Part shown: piece after piece, positions 13,304 through 25,569 of the stretch
Layout: each line of letters opens with the position of its first letter
Numbering within the stretch: position 1 is the first letter of the stretch
Source of the DNA: Syncephalis fuscata S228
Taxonomy: Eukaryota > Fungi > Zoopagomycota
DNA: 64,000 bases
Direction: 5' to 3'
Assembly (NCBI GenBank): GCA_025786725.1
Contig: JAHLTZ010000004.1
Location: 855,314 to 919,313 of the forward strand
Notes under the pieces: model-generated
The model's input: the letters and a program-made list of their open reading frames with translations, nothing else
Told to the model about the DNA's origin: nothing
The model's database searches: none
Program-made: the position numbers and the translations under genes

Positions 13304-14540
13304 GCTGATACGTGAATCAAAAAAGTAAACACTTTAATTTGAAAAAGCGTTTTTTTACTTATCGTAAAATAAAGCAAAGAAGCGTGCCAGAAGCGTTGGT
13401 AGTCGTTAAAATCGTTGAATCAAAAATGTCGTTTTGTTGTTTGCAGCTATCATACTATCATTGAATAGTAGTTATACATTCATCAACAATCTGATGGTAA
13501 TGATAGGCTGATAGACAGGTCAATGAATGGTGATAGCGCGGAAAGTACGAGCAATGGTGTAAAGGAAAGACTCAAACAATATGAGAAAAGGTATTTGTTG
13601 TTATGGACGGGTTTATTCAAAATTACGGGGTATAAAAAAGAAGGGCCGAAGTGAGGATGAGACAGTATAAAATAAAAGCCGACAAATAAATAAGGATATT
13701 TGCCAGATTGAGCGAATGTGCAGGAATATTGAACGGTAAATTGAGACGATAAATTGAATGTTATCTCTGTAAAAAATCCAAATTCAACTATTTAGGGGTC
13801 ATTGCATTCTACTCCGCTTGAGCGGGTCTTTAAGGATAAACACAAGTGAACAGTAAACTGCCATATCAGGAGAAAAACCATCATTATTCAAAACGACATG
13901 TGTCTCAGTAGCCCGACACTCATACAAGTTATGCCATTCTCAATGAGGTAGTAAACACGTGCCATTATTTCTTTTGGTATGACCGATTATTATTTGACAA
14001 AAAGCTTAAGAATATAGATTGAGATAGAGGACTGATTTGATTGATTGGCCAAGGGCGTATGGTTACCTATTACAGTCGATTATTAAGATAAAAAACCATA
14101 CTTTATACTGGTAAACAACACGATCGTTGTATGACGTGTATGGTAAGTAGTAACAGGTTATAGTTGATAGTCGATTTTGTTTAACAATTGATACAATAAG
14201 AGCATTTATAAGTGTGGGTGTCATCGATATTTATTGTTTTAAAAACCAACATGCGGAGTTGTAACTTTCGATACAAAAGTGGATCGCCATTTTGGTAATA
14301 GCTATTGTTATAGAATTTTATTAAATTCAATCACTTGTTAATATTTTGAAATAAACAACAACTGAGTCTTTTTATACAGTTAAAATATATTATTGTTACA
14401 TGTTATTATAATAGCTATAATTGCTGTTTATAAAGTACAGTCTCGTTTGTAGCAGTATTGCGTGACAGTCTTATCGGATCAATCGATATAATAGATAATT
14501 ATTACCGATAGTCCAGCATATTTACTGCCAAAAAAAGCAA

Positions 14541-16798
14541 TTAAACACGTTGTGCCGAAGCACTTATAGGTTGTCGCTTCTTCATACTTTCCCAGGCCAC
14601 AAAGCGTGGATAAGTGTGCTGATACATCAATTCGCAGATCTCAAGCAGTGCAGCATCTAAAATGCGTACATCCGTGCATGGTTGACCACTATCGATGATA
14701 TGTCGGCGTAGTTTGGCGACGGTTAGTGCATCGAGGTGTATTTGTAGCGGGGCCGTAGGCTCAATAAATGTATGCCAAATATTTCTTAATTCACAATCTA
14801 ATGTCGTTCGTCCTAGTGATGAGGCATTATTGCGTAGTCGACGACAGTGCTCGTAAAAAAGTGCATTCTCAATGCTGTAGTCACGTTTGGAGAATTGTTT
14901 AAATAGTTCAAATTGCACGGGATTTCCTAGCAGCAGTTCAAAAGTATCCCAGGTAAGCGCGTCGTGATGACGTTCTTGTAGTCGTTTTGCCCTACGTTCT
15001 TTAATGATGGGATAGATAACGGTGCAGAAATGAACATAAATGGAATAAGCGGCAATAGGCACTAAAAGGCAAAGAGTGCGCAAATGTTGTTTATACGATG
15101 GAATAATCAGCCAACTAACTAGGCCACCAGCCATAGCTATAATGCCGCCTATTATAATTAGCAGTAGTTCAAAACGTATACCAAATCCATCACGCGTTTT
15201 TGGTAAATTTTGGAACATTACTATTAATAATTAAAATAATGATTAATACAATTTTATAGGGAATAAAAAGTAATGAATATTGCAATTTACTTACTAGGCA
15301 TAATAACGCAGTGAAGAATAGTGTATAATAGGCCAAATGGCCAAAGAGGCCATTGATAAAGACAAATGGCTGCTTCATTAACTATAGGCAATGAGTTTGT
15401 TTGCTGCGCAATTGCGTGAATAGTGCCTGTGATGATTATAACAATAAATACCAATATGACGACCATAAGCGAGACTGCATTAAATGACTGGCGTTCTCGA
15501 TGTCGCCAGTACCAACTGCCAAGTACAATACAAGGTGAGAACTCGTTAAAATTCTCGATCTGCCTTTCAAATAACGTCGATACAAGCGACGACGAGATAA
15601 CCGATATGACAGTGTTGCGTCGTGTGCGTTGTGGCACTACCACCATGGATGAATCTCTACTGGCCACTGTTACTTCCGGACCACATAATGTATCCAATGA
15701 AATTGATTTTTGTCTAGTATTGACTTTTATTTTTTCTGGTGAATCTATATCGTCACAAAATGGCGCTTCAGCTATCAAATGTTCAATGCTTTCTTGTTGA
15801 ATTTCCTGGTCAACTATTGTTTGTGATCGGCCATATTTTCTCTGATGGCCTACCATTGTTTGAATGCTTGCACTATTGTATACTCGTTTGTTATTTGGCG
15901 GTCTTGCAGATTGGGATCGCAGATGACCGCGTTGTACTATCCGTGGCAATAACTCCTTGCCATTTAAGATTGATGCGGGCGCGCTATTAGCATTCTGGCT
16001 GATAATACTTGCATCATCGGCCTCTATACCAACTATAGATGCCGTGATATGGTTCAAATCCATATTCTCGCCATCTAAACTGCGATTTCGCAAAAAGCTA
16101 CTGTGTATTGATGGAAGTGCTGTGGCGGGTTTGTAACTAGTTGGCTCGGATGCGTTTGCAATTGTAATATTATCGATTGTTAATCTTGATGAGCTATCTT
16201 CTTTGTTACTTTTTAAAACATTTTGTCGACCAAGTAGTTTATAGCGCAAGCGATCATTCCAACGAATAATGACTACAAATATGTTGTATAGCCTATGGTT
16301 GTTAATAAATTCAATAGTCTCATTGGGTTGATCACGACCTGCCCAGTGGGCATTATGATTATTCACTTCGACTGTATGTAGGTGTGCTTCACAACATATG
16401 AAAAATATTAATAATCGAGCATACCGACCCATGCTGATAAACATCAGTACTAAAAGCATACTCCCACCAAGCCATAATTCAACTGCACAGTGGAGTGGTC
16501 GATAGAATAGAATACGTATAACACACCACGATAACACAATACCCGTAGCAATAATTGAAGCCATAGTAAGTGGTATATTGCGATAATAAATACCCGGCAA
16601 GTGACGATGACCGATAAATACACCTAAACTTATGAATAGCACAAACTGCATTACAGCTAATATGCCAGCTAGATGCCACCCATTATCGTTAAATAAATGA
16701 AGTTGCATCCAATAGTGGCTGTTGTTAGTGCTAAAATTAGTGGTGGTGGTAGTGGTGATCGTAACCATATCGTCATGATTATCGGTGAAATCCGGCAT
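14541..16798 (-). CDS. 7TM-RGS fusion protein (GprK/AtRGS1-like architecture), 2 exons, intron 15221-15294
   Basis: TM1-3, a roughly 300-aa hydrophilic loop, then TM4-7 including the family-typical RDGFGIRFEL before TM6. C-terminal RGS box FELFKQFSKRDYSIENALFY...IWHTFIEPTAPLQIHLD...LMYQHTYPRF. Start codon uncertain. Confidence 0.85.
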
Positions 16799-17599
16799 TG
16801 TATTATTTGTGGATGGTACGTCAATACTAGCGGCATTTACAACAATTAAATATTCATTATATAAATTAAGAATAGCAAATTTGTTTACGACAGCGTAAAG
16901 ATAGAGAGAAGGAGAAAACACAACTTGGGCCGTGTTTGACCGGTACACGACAGTCATTTGCTAAAATCTCACAGGATGTAGATTTAAGCAATAAGTATCA
17001 ATACATAGACGCAATATTTAATCTGCAATGGTATAAATTAATGGCCGATCAATATTAATAATGACACGACATTAAAATAAAGAATGAGCAATGATATCAG
17101 TAATATAAAATTGCACATGCACTAAAAATAATAATCAAAAGGAATAAAAGAAGCGGTGTGTCCAATAGAGTATCAATGAACTGAGATAGGGAATGAAAGA
17201 GATAAATGAAGTGAAAAATAAATCGAATAAGAGAGAAAGAAAGAAATATTGCGTAGATATCGTCTACTGCATAGGTCATGCTTAAGGTGCATTGTTATAA
17301 GGCATGGTACTGCAGCTAACTGCAGCAACTTACATAGAATACTGCACGTATAGCTGTTACTGGGAAAATTAATGCATACTGACAAGTACAATATGCCCGC
17401 AATCTATTGAATTTATAAGATTTGATATTCTTTTACATTTGAAATTGTTTTAAAACAAAATTACAATTATTTATAGTCGATAAAGAATAAAACATATTGG
17501 TTAAAATACTTGTAATAACTTGGATGCTACTTGCTGGATAAATACAAAAGAGTGGATGTGTAATCAACTGCATTACAACTTGGCAATTGGCTGATTTCA

Positions 17600-17980
17600 T
17601 GGCTGAATTCAATTCGACTTTTATCACTATTTCTTGATTTGTGTGTAAAAACATTGTGTATATTTTTGGCGGCCATCGCACTGCGATTCCATATCGTCTT
17701 GCAAGATTGGCATTTGAGTACGACGCGCATTCTACACTTTGATTCAACAGTTGTCATATTTTTCAATGTTTTTTATACTTGTTACAAAATTGACTTGCTA
17801 AATACGCATCAACATAAATAGACTTAATAGACCCATTATACTTATTGGCCAATCGCGTGATAGCTTTGGTGCTTCTTTGTATAGAAGCAAATAACCTGTC
17901 TTTATAAACGCGCCAAATTTACTATCACCAAAGACAATGGTTGTTTTTTTGTGAGGTGTAGGAAGGTCTTTGGGCAATAA
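17600..17980 (-). pseudogene. Fanzor (eukaryotic TnpB-like RuvC nuclease) C-terminal remnant, transposon-derived
   Basis: Across two frameshifts the minus strand reads TIVFGDSKFG (17941), IYVDAYLASQFCNKYK (RuvC-II plus first Zn pair, about 17816) and VVLKCQSCKTIWNRSAMAAKNI (second Zn pair plus RuvC-III, about 17690). Order and spacing match Fanzor1 xFGD...VDEYxTSxxCxxC...CxxCxxxWNRDxxAAxNI. Confidence 0.8.
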
Positions 17981-20405
17981 AAAACTTATTTATTTTCTTA
18001 GAATACAATTGATATAGTAAACGACATTTTACAAAAGCAATTAGTGATTTATGTTAAAACACTTTGTCATTTGTATTCACTTTCTACCACATTTTACTAT
18101 TTTTATTGGTTCATCACAAGTCACTCATACGAAAAATGACAATGTAAATGGTTATTTTTTATGTTATTAACATATTGACGTGATTACTACCAGTACTATT
18201 ACATAAAATAAACAGCTTGTCGAAATCATATGTGAACATTCATAAGAATAATACATGTATCAAACATCAACAATACCTACTAATAGTAAATAAATGTTAA
18301 TTTTTAATGTTATAGCATAATGTGGGATAAAGTATTTTTGTTATCTAACTTGCAACTTTTAAAGTGTAATGTAATAGTATTATATTTATTTATAAGAAAT
18401 AACATTACAGTTAATTTGATTACAAAATGTTTTACTTTTAATTAATTATGACCATTATGCAAATAGCAACTTGTTCATTAATAGTCAAGATAATAGCATA
18501 AGCATTCTGCCATCACTGCTTAACATTCATAAATATTGTAAAATTGTTTTATTTATTATTATATTACATAGGATCATTATAAAATGTTGCTAAATTTATT
18601 TATAGCTTTACATATGGTGAAATAATTGCATGATATTTTGCACAAATGTGCATATAACATATATGCAGCTATTGGAAAAGTATATTGTTATTATATTGCC
18701 TAATGGTGTAATAGTTACGATAATACGCTAATAAACGTGCAAAAATAACAGCTTTTACCGTTTATGACTTGTATAACTAAAAGATAGAAAAATGAGTGCC
18801 AGATTTGAGTTCTCCATGCATAGTTATACAGATTGGTATGAGAAATAGAACAATAGTTTTTGCAAGAAAAGTTAGTCAAAATGCAATTTACGCGTAAATC
18901 ATTTAACAAAAAGCGATCAAAGTTTTATAATTTTAGAAAGTTTAATACTAAAATGAAATTTATTATAAAATAAACTCAAAGCGCTTTAAAGCACTAAAAC
19001 AATTTGCACAAATTGATGGCTGACAGCATTTACATGATCGTAATACAAATGAGATGGATGTATAAATATATTGTTGTTATTATTCTGCTACTACGATCAT
19101 ATCATTATAATAATATGACTAAGAAATGAGATTTGATATTAAATTACATTTATTTTACTATATTTATCATTTCATTAATAAAATAAAAAGTATATTGTCC
19201 ATTGATTGCTTATCATTAGTAAAAACCGTTTGTTTATTGCTAATTATATTTATTATAAATAAAACTATTTTGCTTTCATGTACATTGTAACTTCATTATT
19301 ATTATTATTACTACTATCGTTAATATGTTGTTATAACTAAATGAACATGCATATAAATAAACATTTTAAACTCAGTCATGTTACTTCAAAGTAATTTATT
19401 GATCAAATTCACACCATACTCAAACATAGTGACTTTGACGACACGCAGCCTTTCCTAATTTTAATGTAAAGCAAAAGCTGAGACTGTTATAGTGGCACAG
19501 CAAAAAGCAAAAGACGTTCGTAGTAACGATAAAAATTACATCGACGCGAGGAAAAGCAAGTAAGAAAGAGAAAGAGAAAAGAAGCAGGCAATTTGGCATC
19601 ATCGATTGGCGGAGCAATGCTACAACGACCAATGGAGCGACAAATGGCGGCAAGTGGCGTACACGCAGAAGTCAAGTGAAGTTTGGGGCACACAGTATTG
19701 TGTTGCATAGAAGCAATAGTACACACAGATTGAGCCAGAAATAGCAGTGAGTGAGTGAGGTAGAGGTGAATACTAGAGAGAAAGTAAAAGCAAGTAAGCA
19801 GGTACAAGCAATAGATAAAAAAGCAGAAGAGGTGGTTGGAGAGAGAGCAGTGAAGCTGGTGTTATAAAAAAAAACTATTACGACATTGAAGAGACGGATC
19901 AGATGGTGTCAAACGAACCATCAATGAAGGTCTGTACAAACATACATACATGCACCTACTTATTCACTTATAAATAGGTGAAGTAAGTAGAAAGTAAGTA
20001 TGCAATAGGCATGTGAAACTGTGGCCAGGTGGTTGGTTGGTTGGTTAAAGAGAGGGAAAGATGGAGAAAAGAGGTAAGAGTGAACTGTTCTAGAAATCGT
20101 CAATAGGGATTTCACGAGACCGGCCCGGAAACAACAAAGTACGTAGCGGACCGAGTAGAACAACAAACTACTCATCACAGTGGCTGAACTAAAAGGAAAG
20201 ATAATGATGGATGTTGTAGCCGATAGTGAATCGTATATAGATATAGCACATACAAATACACGTGCAAACATATCATAAATACAACCAAAGATGAAGTAGT
20301 AAATAAATGGTGATAATGGAAGTGTGTTAGGAAGGTAGATAGTGTGCTTATACTAGTAGCTATATAATAAACTATTATATCAAACACTATTTAAAGTAAA
20401 AAAAA

Positions 20406-21972
20406 TTAACAAGCAGTATCGGCCATAGAAAGAGAGAAGGCTGACGTATCATCAATGCTGAGAACATCAACCATCTCGTTAGCAGCACCGGTAGCTGTAA
20501 CACCGAGGTTAAGATTGGCTACCATGCTGGCAGGTACAACTACGGCCTTAATACTGGCATTTGAAGGCGTTCTTGGGCCTGGGCAATTACAGTGGCAGCC
20601 GCTTTAACATGAGCTTTCTTGCCTAATGGTAATGCTACGGCACCGGGATGGGCATGTTCCACATGATATTTAAGACCATTAAGATTCTTGTATGATTTAC
20701 CGCATTCTGGAATAGTGCAGCGATATGGTTTCACCTGAACACCGCGTGTAGCATTGGCCAATGCACCATCAGCGCCATTACCGTTGTGGGTCACTGGGTT
20801 AACGAGTGGCATACCGTTATGGCTGCCCGATGCAGCTGATGCAGTACCATTGCAGTGGCCGTGCAAGTTGTGGTACTTTAGACCATTGGCATTCTTGTAG
20901 GACTTTTCACATCCTGGTACGGCACAGCGGTAGGGACGATCCACCAAAGTGGTGCAGGCAGCACCAGTGGTGGATGAAGAAGCGACCACGTTTGAACCGG
21001 CATTCACTCGAGCACTAATGCCAACTGGTGTGGCAATGGGACGCGTAGCATGGCCAAGTAGATTGGCATTGGACTGCCGTTGGTTGCATAGACATGGCCG
21101 ATGACGCAGCAATGTTAGCATTTAACGATGCAGATTGGCCATTGGCCATCATGGCAGCCGAGGTAGCTGTGGCCAATGAAGTGCTACGGCCATTAAGAAG
21201 CAATTGCTGTTGGAGCAATAATGCATCCTGTAGCATCTCCTCAGTGCCAATGTTGCCACTGCCGATTTGCAATAAAGCGGCCAATAACAGCTCATCATCT
21301 ACGAATGTTTGCTGTTGCATTGGTGGCGATTGTGGCACTGGAATGGCACCCATAGCCATGCGCTTGTTGGTCATGCCATTGAATGCGTCAAGACTGGTCA
21401 TAGATGATGCAGTACGTTTACGGCCCATCAAGTTAACATCCATATGATCCATAATGTCAAGTTCCATGGCTGCAGTTTGTTGGGATAAAACGTCATTCAA
21501 ATTGACACCAGACATGGCAGCGGCAGCGGCAGTAGCCGACAATGGCTGACGTTTTAATGCAGCAGCAGCATTGAACTGACGAGCCATTAAAGTGTCACGA
21601 ACTGGAGATGGTGAGCCGGGACGGGACTCATCACTGGCCAGTCTGCCAGTCATCCATAGCATGATGAGCATAGCCCATGGCAGCTGGGTCTTCTTCTTCA
21701 AAACGTACGTGGCACTCTTCGTAGTGCTGTAGCAAGTCGTGCAAATCACGCAATACTAGTCCACAGCACGAAAAGTCACGGCAAAAGTTGGCTTCCAAGT
21801 CGTGAGGATAATAGTCGTCATCCGAGCTCGACTCGGAGGCATCAAGAAGGGTGGGCGTAAAATCGTAAAAGTCAAAAGCAGAATCGCGAGCCAATGAACC
21901 TTGCGACACTTGGCACAGCTCTTCTTGCTGTTGCTTCTTTTGGGAAAGGATGATATCGACTGGAGCAGGCAT
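20406..21972 (-). CDS. SFP1: Sfp1 split-zinc-finger transcription factor (three apparent frameshifts near 21635, 21070 and 20560)
   Basis: N-terminal FCRDFSCCGLVLRDLHDLLQHYEECH; C2H2 fingers RPYRCAVPGCEKSYKNANGLKYHNLHGH and KPYRCTIPECGKSYKNLNGLKYHVEHAH. Coding-like sequence continues to TAA at 20406. Confidence 0.9.
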
Positions 21973-22863
21973 GATGCAGATGATACTATAACAGGAGTGT
22001 TAAGCTAACGATAGGAAGGAAAGACGATAGAGCTGGAACGAGAACGTAATACGTCAACGAATAGCAAATGCCAGCTATGTAATTGCTTGCTTGGTTGGTT
22101 GGCTAAGGTAGACGTGGGTGGATGGACACGGGTAATCAACAAGCCGTCGTAGATTGTTGATAGGCGATAGTCTTTTTGGATGCTTGTTCAAAGTTGTAAT
22201 AACAAAATAAGCTACTAGCAACTTGGTTATTTCGGTCTAAATAGTACCAGACGCAAAAAATAAAGGTTAGTAAACAGTCTTGTTTTCTTTTTCAAATGTA
22301 TTATTAACAAAGAGATTGGAGATACGACAAGTACACGAATACAGGTCCTGGGGCGAAAAAAGAAGAAAGAGAAGAGCGGGGAAAAGGCCAGGACACGCCA
22401 CTGCTGATCAATATCAAGAGAACACCGTCAACCTATCACTGATCAGTAAAGATAACAACAGGTGTAGGACAATGCTGCTCGTCTCGTAGTACATAGGCTA
22501 TATACACAGCAACTTGTAACAGAAAGATAAGAATAGAGCGAAGGGGTACACTTCCACTTTTACTGATACATGACTATTTTAATTACGTATCCGCCAAATA
22601 GGAGTGAAACACATAAAGAAAGAGTATAAGACGATAGTGAATAAGCAAGCCAAGAATTAAAACAGACTCTGGCTCAAACAGTACTTCAATCGCCGCCAGT
22701 CCATACACAGCTATATGACTGATACTGGTGTTGGTGTCAAAGATGATCGGAGTGTCACACTGTCATAGAGTTGCCACATTGGTGTCAAGTGGATTTATCA
22801 TACAAAATACAGATGAATATGCATTATAAAGAACAGAATAAATGTGGATGTGTGTCGATAATG

Positions 22864-22866
<3 letters not shown>

Positions 22867-22897
<31 letters not shown>

Positions 22898-22922
22898 TGT
22901 ATGTATGTACGTATGTACGTAT
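22867..22922. repeat. (TATG)n tetranucleotide microsatellite
   Basis: About 10 perfect TATG units followed by TACG variants. Confidence 0.9.
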
Positions 22923-23247
22923 ACAGTAATATTATATTGCATAATGACCAGTAGCCATAAATAAACATCGTTTATATGCTATTACATTATACATGCGCTA
23001 TTACTCACCCCAGGTATAATGCTTTATCGGCAATACGTCGTTATCGTAGTAGTGTAATAGAGTATAGCTGTGTCAATAACCAACTAGTATCACTATTTTT
23101 AAACTTCAATGACAAATTGTCGTCGATTCGTTGAAGAAAGAGCAAAGATGGGTAGAGATAAAAGATAAAGATAGATTTGTATCAAAATTGTAACCACGAA
23201 TGCAATCAAACTGATTGATGTGTATAAGCGAGTGTTGTAGGTGACAA

Positions 23248-23303
23248 GAGAGAGAGAAAGAGAGAGAGAGTGTGTGTGTGTGTGTGGGTGAGTGAGTGAG
23301 TGA
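23248..23303. repeat. Compound (GA)n(GT)n(GAGT)n microsatellite
   Basis: Direct reading. Confidence 0.85.
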
Positions 23304-25569
23304 ATGTGAAGCTAGAGTTTGCGAAGCAATGGATAAGCAGATCAATTGAAGTAAAGAAGGATAGCAATATAATGTGTGCAATCTTGGGGATTTAATGCGA
23401 TCACGCTTCGTTTTAAAATCGTGGATTTAATGCATTGGCAAGAGGACGACAGGTGGCACAACTGCCGATAATGGTCTGTATAAGGAAGACTGGCACGGGG
23501 GATATCTACTCAGACAGGTGGTAATGAGACGGCGCGTAGTGTAATAGATAGCCAAATCCACCACGTTCCCCGTCTAAAACTAGGCAGCATCAACGAGATG
23601 GGAGACAAGGTCGCTCTATGGGTGTGAACCACTAAACCGGAAAAGGCCGATGGCGGTCATTGAATAGGAACCAACCAACTGTTGTGGTATTATGGAATAG
23701 AATAGGAGAGGAAGAGGCACACACACACAACTATTACACGCACCGAGGCAAGGATGTAGGAGGGAGAGAGATAGAGGAGAGGAGAGTGAATGTACACGCA
23801 TACTCACACATACATACGCACAGGTTGGCGGCACGGCGGTTCAAAAGTAAAACAGTTGACCTCAGCACCAGCTAGTAAGAAACTTTCCTAGAGGCTAATA
23901 CTGTTTATCATGGAGTACAACGCGTCGTACCATGTGGTATTTACTACTTTTATCGGGTAACTGAAGCAAATCAAAACGCCGATGATACAAATTATTGTTT
24001 TGTATGTATACACATTTGTGGTATATAGCAAATAAAGAAATACCAACCGCCATATTGAATAACTAGTTTCGTTCCTCCCCATATGTAAATAAATACATAT
24101 AGGTCACAGTTATGTAGACAAAATAGACTCATTTGCCCTGTCTAGCATACGTTTCTTCCATCCACTATTCCCTTTCCCTCCCTCCCATTACAGATAAACG
24201 TAGCATGTGGAACCAACCATCAAGTAAATGAACGTGTCGATAAAGCATTGCCCAACTGAGTCAACACTAAAGTTATTTTGAAATAAAAATAGATATGACC
24301 GCATGGTCTATACCCTACTGGACTCAATACCGTTTACTTTTCTCTCACTTTGGCACTCTTGCTCTATCTCACTGGATGTTCCATTCGCCTATGCTCTACC
24401 ATTTTGACCTCGCCCCCCCCCTGCATTCTGCATGCCTAGTTGCCTTTACATGCATATAGCATATCGTGTGTGGCGGTTACTGATGTAATACTGCAGGGAT
24501 GATAACAAATAAACTAATGACATAGTGACAATAGTGACAAATACTTGGCATATATCATATATCACATAACATATATTACATAGCAACAATTATATAACAA
24601 ATAACATGTAGCATACATTGCATTTAGAGTTTGGCATACATTGCATATAACATATAACATACAACATATACAGCAAAACATGTAACAAGTATATTAAATG
24701 CCGGCCTAGCCCGGCCTAAAGAATGTACCTACCGTACAAGTGAGTCTGGAATGACTTTCTTCGTTAATAGAGTCGAAAACAATGAAATGATAATTGCAAG
24801 GCGGCAATAACAATGAGTATTGTCGGCGACGTGGTATTAAAAAGACAAGCGTGTAAATGAGAGTTATGCGGTACACACCTTGTTAGAAGACGAAGAAGAG
24901 TAAAGGCCCTGCATTAAAGGAAAACTTGGATCCTGTGCGACACGTGAAAGTTCCAAGCCACCTTTTCACACGGCACGTTTTGCCTATTGATCTGACATTC
25001 GTTGCTTTCTCTTCATATCTCTGTGTGGGCGTGTCTGTCTTTACGTGTTGCTTCCGCACTATTGCTTCCCCGTCTTTCCCTCGTTCTGTCAAGGACGAGA
25101 CTGGCGTGAGATTGGGCATTTCTCTGACAGATGCCGTTCAGTGTCACTACACAATATGCGAATCTAAAACAATGACGTAATAAATGGCCAATCATCCCAA
25201 TATACTAGTATTTGTCCTACCAAAAAGTATAGGTAACACAGAGTTGGGCTGTTTAGCAATTGACTAATATGTAGAAATTGACCGGTTTGCTATCTTGTCA
25301 GAGTGAGCAGGCCTTTAGCCACTATCTCTCCCCCTCCTCTATCCATCTACATCTTATGGGCAAACAAGTGTGTGAAGTATAGATAAAGCTCGGTTGCTAG
25401 AGTTCCGGTTTTAATCGCCGGTGATCTTATCATTGTTCTACATATGGCTTAGTTTAAAAGTGATGACTCGATGCTGTAATAAACAAATATTTTATATTGT
25501 TAATAAAATGTGTAATAAACATAAGCAATGTGCATAGGCAGGTAGAAATATAAATGAGAGAGGTAAGAG

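Noticed and set aside
18000-19300. N-terminal half and RuvC-I of the Fanzor, a partner transposase, or terminal repeats
   Set aside because: Very AT-rich with frequent stops. An SDG (about 18510) and a DP (about 18575) occur in the wrong order and spacing, and I found no TIR or TSD.
21628-21633. TGA TGA in SFP1 as selenocysteine or readthrough
   Set aside because: The coding sequence continues in another frame, not the same one, and I saw no SECIS-like element.
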